A DNA stretch of 64,000 nt from Acutalibacteraceae bacterium (GCA_045604185.1 JAZUNO010000092.1:24956-88955); one strand, 5' to 3'. Positions 46,028 to 55,691 are shown, counted from the first letter of the stretch. Numbers and translations: made by a program. The notes: a model not told the origin generated them from the letters alone.

Positions 46028-46103
46028 GAATTTGGAGAAATCCGTGCCAATTCGTAAAAAGTGAACAAAAAAGTCTTTTTTGTCCGCTCAAACTGTGGCA
46101 CAG

Positions 46104-46706
46104 TTATCCCCTTATTTCATCCAAAGTGATTTCATAACCCTTTAAAAACTCTTTTACAAACTCCTGAGCCTCAGGAATGCCAAGACTTTCCACGGATTTT
46201 TTTACCGATTCCGCCGCCTTGACAAACTCCGAATTGCCTGCTTTTTGCTCCTCAATGCATTTTGTCAAAGCACAGATTTTATCAGCCGCCTTGACAAGCT
46301 TCCAAAGTTCTTCATCCTCTTCTTTCGGACAGAAGAACGGCTCAAAATCAGACCTCATATCCTCAGGCAACATATTTACAAGTGTTGTGCACGCATTACT
46401 CTCAACCGCGGCATATGCGTTGCGTATCTCCTCATTGTAATATTTAACAGGAGTCGGCATATCACCCGTCAGGCACTCAGGTGCATCATGATACAGCCCT
46501 AACAACGCTGCACGCTCTGCATTATATGACTTTGCAAACCGCTTGTTACCTATAACCGCAAGTGCATGTGCCACAGCGGCAGTCTCCATGCAGTGCTCAC
46601 TCAGGTTCTCCTTATGTGTATTACGCATAAGAGCCCAGCGGTTTATATATTTAAGTCTTGAAATCATCGCAAAGAAATTGCTTCCCACTTGAAAATCTCC
46701 AATCAA
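46104..46706 (-). CDS. yfbR: HD-domain 5'-deoxynucleotidase (YfbR-like)
   Basis: RLKYINRWALMRNTHKENLSEHCMETA...YHDAPE, a typical YfbR HD motif. Confidence 0.8.
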   Translation of the reverse strand: MIGDFQVGSNFFAMISRLKYINRWALMRNTHKENLSEHCMETAAVAHALAVIGNKRFAKSYNAERAALLGLYHDAPECLTGDMPTPVKYYNEEIRNAYAAVESNACTTLVNMLPEDMRSDFEPFFCPKEEDEELWKLVKAADKICALTKCIEEQKAGNSEFVKAAESVKKSVESLGIPEAQEFVKEFLKGYEITLDEIRG

Positions 46707-47428
46707 TCAATATACAGGTCACGCACTCCGTCCAAATCTCGGACTTCGTCAACTATACACTCAAGAGTCGTTTCTGTTTTTGTATAAATCAGTGCCTTGA
46801 GTACAACCGTCTCTTTTTTTCTCAACTGCATTCCGTCCTCATCGGCATAAAGTATTTCCATTGAGTGCAGATTTGCATTGTTTTTTCTGACTATAGAGCC
46901 AATCTGTGCCGACAGCTTTGTAGCATCTTCGGCCTCTATATATAATGTTTTACCCGTAGTTCCCTTGATAACAAACCTTTTGAGCAAGTTAAGAGTGATG
47001 TAAATAACACCCGTTGCTACAACTGCACCCTCATAAAATCCGGAACCTACCGCCAGGCCTATACACGATACTGCCCACAAACTTGCCGCTGTGGTAAGAC
47101 CTTTGACGCTGAATCCCTCTCTCAGAATTGTTCCGGCACCCAGAAAACCGATTCCGCTTATAACCTGTGCACCCAGACGTGCCGGGTCCATATTGGTCTG
47201 GCCCTTGTACTGCTCAAAGATATACATCGATGTTATCATAACCAACGCAGAGCCTACAGCAACAAGAATATGCGTTCTGAAACCCGCAGGTCGGTGGGAG
47301 TGCTCACGCTCAAATCCGATAAATCCGCTGAGTAAAGCCGCAAGCAGCAGTTTTATAGCCGAATCGATTATCAGGCGAACCGAATCATTTTCCCATATCA
47401 TCAGTAAAAACTCTCTTACCGCTGCCAT
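46703..47428 (-). CDS. mgtC: MgtC/SapB-family membrane protein
   Basis: LLSGFIGFEREHSHRPAGFRTHILV motif. It overlaps yfbR by 4 nt. Confidence 0.85.
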   Translation of the reverse strand: MAAVREFLLMIWENDSVRLIIDSAIKLLLAALLSGFIGFEREHSHRPAGFRTHILVAVGSALVMITSMYIFEQYKGQTNMDPARLGAQVISGIGFLGAGTILREGFSVKGLTTAASLWAVSCIGLAVGSGFYEGAVVATGVIYITLNLLKRFVIKGTTGKTLYIEAEDATKLSAQIGSIVRKNNANLHSMEILYADEDGMQLRKKETVVLKALIYTKTETTLECIVDEVRDLDGVRDLYID

Positions 47429-47534
47429 ACGATACCCCTTTCATTAAGATATACAATAAAATTCACTCTTTTGGTGAAAATATATTATATCATTAAAAAA
47501 TTTCTTTTGCAAGCTTTAAAAACGCTTATTGCTC

Positions 47535-47563
47535 TTGACTTCAGACCACAAACAGAATATAAT
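47535..47563 (+). promoter_or_regulatory. sigma-A type promoter, TTGACT-17-TATAAT
   Basis: Hexamers at 47535-47540 and 47558-47563. Confidence 0.6.
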
Positions 47564-47598
47564 AAAAGTGTCTCAAATGAAACAGTTTTGGTGAGCGT

Positions 47599-48237
47599 AT
47601 GGAATTATCAACAGATTTTAAAATTGAATTGCTGAAAAAAAGCAGGATTTTCGAAAAAGCTGATTTCAACGCCCTTAAAACCGCTGTTGAAAAAGGTTCA
47701 AGAACACTCTGTTTTCATCGGGGAGAAACTGTTTTTTCGCAGGAAAACGATAGTCGGACTTTGGGAATGATACTCAGCGGCAATGCACAGGTAAAAAAAG
47801 GACGTGCAACCATAAGCACCCTGGTGCAGGGAGATATTTTCGGTGCCGTCACTCTGTTCTCGGATGAGCCGAAACCTGCAACGTCTATTGTGGCAAAAGT
47901 CGAGTGTACAGCTCTGTTTTTTGATAAGAGCACTGTCGAAAAACTTATAATCTCCACTCCCGAAATCGCAGTAGGTTTTTCAGCCTATCTTTCCAACCGC
48001 ATACGCTTTCTGGCACGCCGAATCGAACTTCTCACAGCAGGCAACTGTGAAAGCAAACTGTTGAGCTTTCTCATCGACCGTGAGCAGGACGGTGTGGCCG
48101 AAATTGAAAGCTGTTCCGACCTCGCCCGAAAGCTTGATGTAGGACGCGCCTCTCTATACCGTGCATTGGACAACCTCGAAAATGCGGGAGAAATTAAACG
48201 GGACGGAAAAAAAATCTTCATTACAGAAAAAGGCTGA
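47599..48237 (+). CDS. Crp/Fnr-family transcriptional regulator
   Basis: cNMP-binding-like N-terminal domain and a C-terminal HTH (SDLARKLDVGRASLYRALDNLE). Confidence 0.8.
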   Translation: MELSTDFKIELLKKSRIFEKADFNALKTAVEKGSRTLCFHRGETVFSQENDSRTLGMILSGNAQVKKGRATISTLVQGDIFGAVTLFSDEPKPATSIVAKVECTALFFDKSTVEKLIISTPEIAVGFSAYLSNRIRFLARRIELLTAGNCESKLLSFLIDREQDGVAEIESCSDLARKLDVGRASLYRALDNLENAGEIKRDGKKIFITEKG

Positions 48238-48254
48238 TTGCAAAATCAGTTTTT
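48234..48254 (+). terminator. weak hairpin plus T-run overlapping the crp-family stop codon (possible partial terminator)
   Basis: CTGATT-GCAA-AATCAG followed by TTTTT. The stem is only 6 bp. Confidence 0.3.
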
Positions 48255-48282
48255 ATAAAATACCTCATAAGGAGTTTTTACA

Positions 48283-49293
48283 ATGAAAAAAATTACAAAA
48301 GTACTTTCACTGCTTATTTGCGTCGCACTGCTCTTCAGCTTTGCTGCATGTAATTCAGAGCAGACAAAAGACGAAACAACCACCAAAGCTGCAAGTGTTG
48401 ACAGCACAACAGTAAAGGTTGCCGCACTCAAAGGCCCTACGGGCATGGGTATGTCGGGTCTCATCAAAGAAAACGGACAGTTTAAGGTATCAATCGCTGC
48501 ATCGCCCGATGAAATTGCACCCCTTATCATAAAGAAGGAAGCCGATATTGTCGCTTGCCCGCTCAACCTTGCCGCAGTACTTTACAAAAAGACAAACGGC
48601 GGCGTAAAAATGATTGCCATAAACACCCTCGGAGTTCTCTCGATTTTGGAGAACGGTGATACAGTAAAGACTGTTTCAGACCTCAAGGGTAAGAAAATCG
48701 GTGCTACGGGACAGGGTGCTACTCCCGAATACATTCTCAACTATATCCTTACTTCCAACGGCATTGACCCCAAAAAAGATGTTGAAATAACCTACTATCA
48801 GGAGCATGCTGAGCTTGCAACAATGCTTCTCGAGGGCAAAGTTGATATCGCTATGCTTCCCGAGCCCAATGTCACAACGGTTCTGACAAAAAATCCCAGC
48901 ATCCGCACAGCACTCAACCTCACACGTGAATGGACTCGTGCCACTGCTAAAAACGGAAATACAACTTCACTCGCACAGGGCTGTCTTGTAGTCCGTACAG
49001 AATTCCTTAACGAGCATCCCGAAGCTGTCAAAGCATTCCTTGCAGCATACAAAGACTCCGTCAAGTTTACAAAGAAGAATCCGAAAGAAGCCGCTGAAGT
49101 TATTGCATCAAGCGGAATCCTTCCCAAGGCTGAAATCGCACAAAAGGCAATCCCTAACTGCAATATTGTCTACATGGACTCAGACAGAATGGCAACCGTT
49201 GCAAAAGCAAACATTGAAGTTCTTTATAATGCCAATCCCGCATCCGTAGGAGGAGCGATGCCCGATGACAACTTCTACTACACAGAAAAATAA
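48283..49293 (+). CDS. ABC transporter substrate-binding lipoprotein (NMT1/THI5-like, NitT/TauT family)
   Basis: Lipobox LLFSFAAC and a periplasmic-binding fold pattern. Confidence 0.75.
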   Translation: MKKITKVLSLLICVALLFSFAACNSEQTKDETTTKAASVDSTTVKVAALKGPTGMGMSGLIKENGQFKVSIAASPDEIAPLIIKKEADIVACPLNLAAVLYKKTNGGVKMIAINTLGVLSILENGDTVKTVSDLKGKKIGATGQGATPEYILNYILTSNGIDPKKDVEITYYQEHAELATMLLEGKVDIAMLPEPNVTTVLTKNPSIRTALNLTREWTRATAKNGNTTSLAQGCLVVRTEFLNEHPEAVKAFLAAYKDSVKFTKKNPKEAAEVIASSGILPKAEIAQKAIPNCNIVYMDSDRMATVAKANIEVLYNANPASVGGAMPDDNFYYTEK

Positions 49294-50041
49294 AAAATTT
49301 ATTCCGACTCCTGTACTCAAGATTGCCGCAGTTTTATTCTGGATAATTGTCTGGCATATTGCATCTGCATGCATGAATTCAGAACTTCTCCTGCCCTCGC
49401 CTGCAACAACTTTAAAGCGTCTTTTCGAGCTTGTTAATGAAACCGATTTCTGGTTGGCGGCTCTGTGGTCGCTTTTGAGAATAAGCGTCGGGTGTGCGGC
49501 AGGAATAATATGCGGCTCTTTACTCGGTGCCGCAACCTCGGTATCACGCACTCTTCACGAGCTTTTCAAACCCATTCTCACCGTTGTACGTGCAACTCCG
49601 GTTGCCTCATTTATAATTTTAGCACTCGTGTGGGTAAGTCGGAACAGCATCGGCATATTCATCTCTTTCCTCATGGTGCTCCCCATACTCTGGAGCAACG
49701 TCAGCGAAGGCATTTCCCAATGCGACAGAAATCTTCTTGAAATGGCAAAGGTTTTCCGTTTCTCGAAGCCTATGCTTATCAGGAAAATCTATATCCCCTC
49801 CACTATGCCTTACTTTTTCGCAGGCTGCTCCACAGCCCTGGGGCTGGCATGGAAAGCAGGTGTTGCAGCCGAAGTGCTCAGCCAACCGAAACACGCTCTG
49901 GGAAGTGAGTTGTATTTCTCAAAAATATATCTCGAAACTCCGAGTCTGTTTGCCGTAACCCTCGTTGTTATAATATTGAGCATCATTCTTGAAAAGCTTC
50001 TGTCGCTCGCACTCAAGAAACTTGCGGGGTGGAAAAAATGA
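49265..50041 (+). CDS. ABC transporter permease
   Basis: Six TM segments and ...LLLPSP... typical of NitT/TauT permeases. GGAGGAG lies 9 nt upstream of the ATG. Confidence 0.8.
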   Translation: MTTSTTQKNKKFIPTPVLKIAAVLFWIIVWHIASACMNSELLLPSPATTLKRLFELVNETDFWLAALWSLLRISVGCAAGIICGSLLGAATSVSRTLHELFKPILTVVRATPVASFIILALVWVSRNSIGIFISFLMVLPILWSNVSEGISQCDRNLLEMAKVFRFSKPMLIRKIYIPSTMPYFFAGCSTALGLAWKAGVAAEVLSQPKHALGSELYFSKIYLETPSLFAVTLVVIILSIILEKLLSLALKKLAGWKK

Positions 50042-50592
50042 TAACTGTAAAAAACATAACCAAAACTTTTGATTCAAAAAAAGTTTTGGACAATATCAGC
50101 ACAAGTATTCCCTCCTCAGGTATCTTCGCTGTCTCAGGAGCTTCCGGAAGCGGAAAAACTACGTTTATGCGAATTCTTGCAGGCCTTGAAACACCCGACA
50201 GCGGAACCGTTGAAGGTCTTGAGGGTAAAAAAATATCGGTCATGTTTCAGGACGACAGACTGCTCCCTTGGTACAGTGCAACCGACAACGTCGCTGCCGT
50301 GTGTACCAAAGAAAAAGCAAAAGAGTGGTTAGAAAAGGTTGAACTCTCTCATGCCGCAGACAAAAAGCCTAGCGAGCTCAGCGGCGGCATGTGCAGAAGA
50401 GTAGCACTCGCAAGAGCTATGGCTTTTGAGGGTGATATACTGTTTTTGGACGAGCCTTTCAAAGGTCTCGACATCGAACTGCGTGAACGTATGGCTGAAC
50501 TCATAAAAGATTTTGCCAAAACCAAACCCGTAATCCTTATCACGCACGACCGTTGGGAAGCCTCATTGGCTCAGGATGAACTTAAAATATAG
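50038..50592 (+). CDS. ABC transporter ATP-binding protein (short, 184 aa)
   Basis: Walker A GASGSGKTT, signature LSGGMCRRV, Walker B ILFLDEPF, and an H-loop ITHD. ATG 50038 overlaps the permease stop (ATGA). Confidence 0.85.
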   Translation: MITVKNITKTFDSKKVLDNISTSIPSSGIFAVSGASGSGKTTFMRILAGLETPDSGTVEGLEGKKISVMFQDDRLLPWYSATDNVAAVCTKEKAKEWLEKVELSHAADKKPSELSGGMCRRVALARAMAFEGDILFLDEPFKGLDIELRERMAELIKDFAKTKPVILITHDRWEASLAQDELKI

Positions 50593-50604
50593 CGTTTTGA
50601 ATTA

Positions 50605-50652
50605 AATCTCCTGTCAAAAAAATCGGCAGGAGATTTTCTTTTGTTTTTAAAT
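50605..50652 (+). terminator. intrinsic terminator
   Basis: AATCTCCTG-13 nt-CAGGAGATT followed by a T-rich run. Confidence 0.7.
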
Positions 50653-50673
50653 ATGCTATAATTTCCGCAAGAG

Positions 50674-51123
50674 GTGATTACTGTGCCTACAAAAATACCC
50701 GAAACCGAACTTGAAAAATACGGCGTGGTTTCAAATCACGAACTTATGGATAACGGACAGTTACGCTTTCGGCTTTCAGGCTCTGACGGCAGCGGCTATA
50801 TCAGATGTGAAAACAGGGGTGAGCCTGCCTGGGAAAACAGCCACAGTCACTCCGAAATGAGTGAGCTTGTTCTCGTTCAGAGAGGGACCGTTGTGTTCGC
50901 CGACTACGCAGACGGCAAGGTGAGTTTCACCGTTCTCAACGAGGGCGACTTTATTCTCTCTCAACCGGGAATCCCTCACAATGAAATACTTTCAAAGGGT
51001 GCCGTAATACACACTCTTAAACACGGCAACTGCAGTTCTCCCGATTGGATACCTTGTCCTGAGCTTGATGAGCTTACAAAACACCTGACCTTTAAAGAAG
51101 CGTTTAAAGCAGCAAAGAAATAG
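50674..51123 (+). CDS. cupin-like small protein
   Basis: WENSHSHSEMSELVLVQRGTV...GIPHN resembles the two cupin His motifs. The start is uncertain (GTG 50674 or GTG 50683). Confidence 0.45.
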   Translation: MITVPTKIPETELEKYGVVSNHELMDNGQLRFRLSGSDGSGYIRCENRGEPAWENSHSHSEMSELVLVQRGTVVFADYADGKVSFTVLNEGDFILSQPGIPHNEILSKGAVIHTLKHGNCSSPDWIPCPELDELTKHLTFKEAFKAAKK

Positions 51124-51132
51124 CAAAATCAA

Positions 51133-51176
51133 GACCCGTTGTGATTTTCAGAAAATCACAACGGGTCCTTTTTTCT
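51133..51176. terminator. bidirectional intrinsic terminator
   Basis: GACCCGTTGTGATTTTC-A-GAAAATCACAACGGGTC followed by CTTTTTTC. Confidence 0.8.
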
Positions 51177-51177
51177 T

Positions 51178-51768
51178 TTAATAATATCTTATGACTGCGA
51201 CAACCTTACCGAGGATGCTTACCTCATTTACGATTATCGGCTCATACTCATCGTTTTCAGGCTGCAGACGGAAGTGTCCATTCTCTTTATAGAAAGTTTT
51301 AACCGTCGCCTCGTCCTCTATCAGAGCAACAACTATTTCGCCGTTTCGTGCTGTAGGCGTTTTCTCTGCGATAACAAGGTCACCATCAAGAATTCCTGCC
51401 TGAAGCATACTCTCGCCTCTGACCTTAAGAGCAAACAGCGCATTATCGCCCGAGGTGTGTCCTGAATAAGCGAGGTATCCCTCAATCTGTTCGACAGCCA
51501 ATATCGGAGAGCCTGCCGTAACAGTACCGATAATCGGCACATGGGTTATGTTGTCCGCCTTACCCATTATGCGTATAGTACGCTTTTTGAGTGGGTCACG
51601 CTGTATATATCCCGCCTGCTCAAGTGCATCAAGATTAGCCTGAACGGATGAAGTCGAGCTGAGACCGACAGCCGCCCCTATCTCTCTGACTGACGGCGGC
51701 ACACCGTCCTGAGAGCGTTCTATAAGATATTCGTAAATTTTCATCTGAGTTTTGCTTATGTTTTTCAA
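51178..51768 (-). CDS. lexA: LexA repressor
   Basis: wHTH SVREIGAAVGLSSTSSVQANLDALE, cleavage and S24 motifs (VRGESM, KT.YKE). The start was chosen at TTG 51768 (MKNISKTQMKIYEYL), after AAAGGGTG. Confidence 0.9.
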   Translation of the reverse strand: MKNISKTQMKIYEYLIERSQDGVPPSVREIGAAVGLSSTSSVQANLDALEQAGYIQRDPLKKRTIRIMGKADNITHVPIIGTVTAGSPILAVEQIEGYLAYSGHTSGDNALFALKVRGESMLQAGILDGDLVIAEKTPTARNGEIVVALIEDEATVKTFYKENGHFRLQPENDEYEPIIVNEVSILGKVVAVIRYY

Positions 51769-51824
51769 AGCCGACACCCTTTCACAATGAATAAAATTCA
51801 CCCACATCTATACTATCCGAGGGT

Positions 51825-51854
51825 ATTATATCACACTCTTTTTAAAATTGCAAA
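51825..51854 (-). promoter_or_regulatory. lexA promoter, TTTGCA-18-TGaTATAAT
   Basis: Minus strand: TTTGCA (51849-51854) and an extended -10 TGATATAAT (51825-51833). Confidence 0.5.
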
Positions 51855-51865
51855 CATTTGTTTGC
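51850..51865. promoter_or_regulatory. LexA box variant GCAAACATTTGTTTGC (AAAC-N4-GTTT palindrome)
   Basis: Perfect 16-bp palindrome overlapping the -35 of lexA. It shares the 12-mer CAAACATTTGTT with the dinB box. Confidence 0.65.
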
Positions 51866-51967
51866 TATTTTTTCACTTTTTCAGACCTTATTTTATCTTT
51901 TTTTCTGTATTTTATCTGCATTTTATAGTATAATCTATTCATAGTATAGGTTAGGGTGATTAATAAA

Positions 51968-53572
51968 ATGAATGCTACATCAGAAAAAGCACTCCCAAGA
52001 GCTGACTTTCCCGAACAAGTCGGTGTATCCTCAAAGGCCATTGCCGAGATGATTGCGGACTTTGAAGAGAGCGAGATTGAGCTTCACAGTATTATGATAC
52101 TGCGCAACGGCAAGGTTGCGTTTGAAACATGGCGTGACCCGTATGCTCCCGACGTTCCGCACACGATGTATTCGGTGAGCAAGAGCTTTTCATCAATCGC
52201 AACAGGCTTTGCAATAAAAGAGGGTCTTCTCTCCCTCGACACCAAAGTCATTGATATCTTTCCTGAATACAGACCGAAAAAGCGTGACGAAAAGCTTGAA
52301 GCACTGACTGTTTATCACCTGCTGACAATGACCGCAGGCAAAGACGTCAGCATACTCGAAAACAAATCCAAAAAATCCTGGATAAAAAGTTTCTTCGACT
52401 CCAAGTGGGTATTCGCACCCGGCACAAGCTGGAAATATATAAACGAAAACTGTTTTATGCTCTGTGCCATAATAAACAGACTCACAGATCAGTCTGTCAG
52501 AGAGTATCTGGCTCCAAGACTTTTCAGACCTCTGGGCATGCGTGAAAATCCGTTTTGGGAGACCGACCAGAATGGCATAGAAGCAGGTGGCTGGGGACTA
52601 TTTATAACTACCGAAGAGCTTGCAAAAGTTATCCACTGCATAAGCCACGGCGGAAAATATAACGGACAACAGGTAATTCCCGAGTTTTGGGCTAAGGAAG
52701 CAGGCAAAAACCTTGCAGATAACTCCAATCAGACCTTATATATACCCGACAACTGTTCAGGCTACGGGCTCAACTTCTGGCGTTGCGAACTCCCCAACAC
52801 CTACAGAGCTGACGGCATGTTCTCACAGTTCGGAATAGTTCTGGAGGATTATGACGCAAACATAATCGTCACCTGCAGTGAAGTTTTTGAGCAAAAGGCT
52901 CGAGACTGTCTCTGGAGACATTTTCCGCAAGGATTTATTGAGCCCTGCAAGCAGCCTCAGGACACCGCTTCGCCCACAACTCTTAAACCGTTACCCGTTT
53001 TACCAAAAAAGGCACACAGTCCTTTAGAACAGAAGCTTGAGGCATCCACCATAAGATTGGGATATCACCCTATACTTAACATGGTAGGTTTCCCCGTAAG
53101 CGTTCTGCCGACTGCCGTTGTATATATGTCATCAGACAGAGCAGGCAACATCGATAAGATAAATCTGTCCTTTTCCGAAGAAGAGTGTCAGTTCTCCTGG
53201 AACGAGGGCAACGTCCGCAACACAATCGCCAGCGGAATGGACGGAAAATACAGAAAGTCCAAAATACGCTTGGGCGGAATAGATTTTACAACCGTTTCCA
53301 GCTCCTGCTGGGAAGACGAAAACACTTTCAAGATATGGGTTCGTGCAAACGAGTCTATCGCCGAAAGACGTCTGACTTTCAAATTCAAGGGCGACAAAGT
53401 ATCAATGGCTGTATCAAGCCGTCCGAGTCTCAAGTTCATTTCCCAATCAATTGCTATGGGCATGGATGACATAATTTCAAACAAAATATTGGCTGATATC
53501 GTCGGAAACTTTCTCGTCAAGCACTACAAAATCATGGAACCGATACACCGCGGACGTCTGGAAAAGAAATAA
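51968..53572 (+). CDS. serine hydrolase of the beta-lactamase (class C/PBP-like) family
   Basis: YSVSKSF (SxxK) near the N-terminus, 534 aa. The start was chosen at ATG 51968; GTG 51956 is also possible. Confidence 0.8.
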   Translation: MNATSEKALPRADFPEQVGVSSKAIAEMIADFEESEIELHSIMILRNGKVAFETWRDPYAPDVPHTMYSVSKSFSSIATGFAIKEGLLSLDTKVIDIFPEYRPKKRDEKLEALTVYHLLTMTAGKDVSILENKSKKSWIKSFFDSKWVFAPGTSWKYINENCFMLCAIINRLTDQSVREYLAPRLFRPLGMRENPFWETDQNGIEAGGWGLFITTEELAKVIHCISHGGKYNGQQVIPEFWAKEAGKNLADNSNQTLYIPDNCSGYGLNFWRCELPNTYRADGMFSQFGIVLEDYDANIIVTCSEVFEQKARDCLWRHFPQGFIEPCKQPQDTASPTTLKPLPVLPKKAHSPLEQKLEASTIRLGYHPILNMVGFPVSVLPTAVVYMSSDRAGNIDKINLSFSEEECQFSWNEGNVRNTIASGMDGKYRKSKIRLGGIDFTTVSSSCWEDENTFKIWVRANESIAERRLTFKFKGDKVSMAVSSRPSLKFISQSIAMGMDDIISNKILADIVGNFLVKHYKIMEPIHRGRLEKK

Positions 53573-53664
53573 CCGACCTTCCCATACCGTATAAATCAGG
53601 TTAAACTTTTACTCAAAAATTCGTTTTGACGAATACCAACAAACATAATCAGGAGGACCGAATT

Positions 53665-53979
53665 ATGATAGGTTTAGGCACTTGGCAAGGCAGCGTTGAC
53701 ACAATGTTTTTCTCCGGAACCGCTCAGGTCCGAGTTTTTGACGATAACGGGAAATACGGATTTGAACTCCAGGTTCCGGATATCGACATTCCCAAAATTG
53801 ACGTCAAGGAAATAATCGAAGAGGGTAACAGAATAAGTGCTGTTGCAACAACGGATATTCTCCCCGGAAAGGAAGTCAAACTTGAGCTCGAGTTCAATGG
53901 AGACGAGTTTACCGGCTTTATCAGAGTTCCGTTTATCGGAAAAGTAAAAATCAACGACGGCAAAAAGATTGCCGATTAA
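53665..53979 (+). CDS. hypothetical protein (104 aa)
   Basis: ATG 53665 lies 8 nt after AGGAGG. The ORF-track start at 53626 lacks an RBS. Confidence 0.5.
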   Translation: MIGLGTWQGSVDTMFFSGTAQVRVFDDNGKYGFELQVPDIDIPKIDVKEIIEEGNRISAVATTDILPGKEVKLELEFNGDEFTGFIRVPFIGKVKINDGKKIAD

Positions 53980-53989
53980 AAAAGAAGGC

Positions 53990-54022
53990 GACCAAGCTTA
54001 ATGTAAGCTTGGTCCCTTTTTT
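53990..54022. terminator. bidirectional intrinsic terminator
   Basis: GACCAAGCTTA-ATG-TAAGCTTGGTC followed by CCTTTTTT. Confidence 0.8.
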
Positions 54023-54030
54023 AGTTGTTT

Positions 54031-55527
54031 TTAATACAGCTCGTCGTTTGCCTGCTCTGTTAAAGGCTCAACCGTATCAGGCTCGGTTTCACCCTGTGTA
54101 TCCGCTTCTGTCTGCCACGGGAGAGTAATATCCGGAAGAGTAAAGTCTGGGAAAGTTATATCACCGATATCCGGGAACACGTTAGTATCACTTTCCGATT
54201 CGCCCTCACTCCAATCGGTGCTGTCTGTTATATCAGTAACATCCGTAGCATCCTGCGTTGCCTCTGTTTCATACGAGTTGTTGTAATTAGGTCTGAGTGT
54301 ACCGCTCGATGCGATAAGATCAACCGCCGAAACGTGGTCGTCACCAATCTTAATGTTGGTGTCTCCGTACAACGCAAGCTGCAAATCACGTGCAACCATA
54401 GGATAGTCTATAACCCATACAGACAAGGGCATATTTATAATTCTTGAATAATAAGTCCAGAGCTGTGCAGATGTATAATTGCCCTCGCTCGGCATAACAA
54501 GCTGTTTAATGCTGTAATTCATCCAACCCTGCGAAATCGCCTGGGTGAGCAACGAAATTATTTCACTCTGCTTATAGTTGGTAACAACATGGGGTAACAC
54601 AATGTTAAGAGCGTTGTTCAGCTGGCCGACAGATGCACCTTTCGCACTGTTTATCAAAGCCATAATAATTTTACGCTGACGGGCTGTTCTGCCTATATCG
54701 CCTGCACTGTCAATCTTTCGTATACGGCAATAAACAAGCGCCTGGTCGCCGTTGAGTGTAACGGCATCACCGGATTGAATTTTGGCAATCTTGGTGGTTG
54801 TCCTGTTTATATAAGAAGCCTCATAAGGCTCTATGGGAATTGTGACACCGCCCAGAGCGTCAATCAGTTTCGGGAAAGTCTGGAAATCAACGCTGACATA
54901 GTGGTCTATCTCAATCTTATAGTTGTTTTCGAGGGTCTCAATCAAGGTTGCAGGGCCACCCCATGAATGAGCATGGTTCATCTTACAGCAACGGTCCTCA
55001 CCGTTTACATTTATATACGTATAGCTGTCTCTGAGAAAAGAAACCAGCTTTATAGTCTTGGTTTTTTTATTGAGCGACACGAGCATTATCGAATCGGAAA
55101 GTCCTGTTGCATCGCCGCCGTAGTTACCTATGCCGAGAAGCAACACGTTAATAACATTCTTGCTCGAAAATTTTTCGCCGCCGTTTTTTGCCCATTTGGT
55201 TATAAGGCTGTCAATATCCGAGGCATCCGAGACATCATACATGGCCTCAAACTGCTCTTCTGATGCAAAAGTCTCATCGTTACCGTGAAAACCGTCGCTG
55301 AAATTTATAAGTCCGAGCTTGGAAGCAACAAATGCTCCGCCCGCAATCAGCACTACTGCCAGAATTACAGCCACAATGACAACTGTTATTTTAAGATTAC
55401 GCTTTTTGTTTTTCACAAAAAAATTCTCCACTTTTTCGCCGGCACTTCTGTTGCTTTTTATATCCGATGTTTCAACACGGCGTTCAGAGTTTTTTGTAAA
55501 ATTTTTGTTCTCGTTTCCGTCTCTCAC
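54031..55527 (-). CDS. LCP (LytR-CpsA-Psr) family cell-wall polymer ligase
   Basis: TM anchor, then NVLLLGIGNYGG...SDSIMLVSLN...LVSFLRDSY, the LCP core. Confidence 0.85.
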   Translation of the reverse strand: MRDGNENKNFTKNSERRVETSDIKSNRSAGEKVENFFVKNKKRNLKITVVIVAVILAVVLIAGGAFVASKLGLINFSDGFHGNDETFASEEQFEAMYDVSDASDIDSLITKWAKNGGEKFSSKNVINVLLLGIGNYGGDATGLSDSIMLVSLNKKTKTIKLVSFLRDSYTYINVNGEDRCCKMNHAHSWGGPATLIETLENNYKIEIDHYVSVDFQTFPKLIDALGGVTIPIEPYEASYINRTTTKIAKIQSGDAVTLNGDQALVYCRIRKIDSAGDIGRTARQRKIIMALINSAKGASVGQLNNALNIVLPHVVTNYKQSEIISLLTQAISQGWMNYSIKQLVMPSEGNYTSAQLWTYYSRIINMPLSVWVIDYPMVARDLQLALYGDTNIKIGDDHVSAVDLIASSGTLRPNYNNSYETEATQDATDVTDITDSTDWSEGESESDTNVFPDIGDITFPDFTLPDITLPWQTEADTQGETEPDTVEPLTEQANDELY

Positions 55528-55666
55528 AAAACCACTCTCTTTCTTTTCTTTCCTTCATCTCACAAAAAGCTTATTGTTAATAATAACACATAATTCGAAA
55601 AATATCGATAGAAAACATCACAAGTTTATCATTTGTTAATTTTTACCCTTTTAAACATAACAAAAA

Positions 55667-55691
55667 GCGCAGAAGAATTAATTCTTCGCGC
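55667..55691. terminator. hairpin terminator downstream of jag
   Basis: GCGCAGAAGAATT-AATTCTTCGCGC, flanked by A/T runs. Confidence 0.6.
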
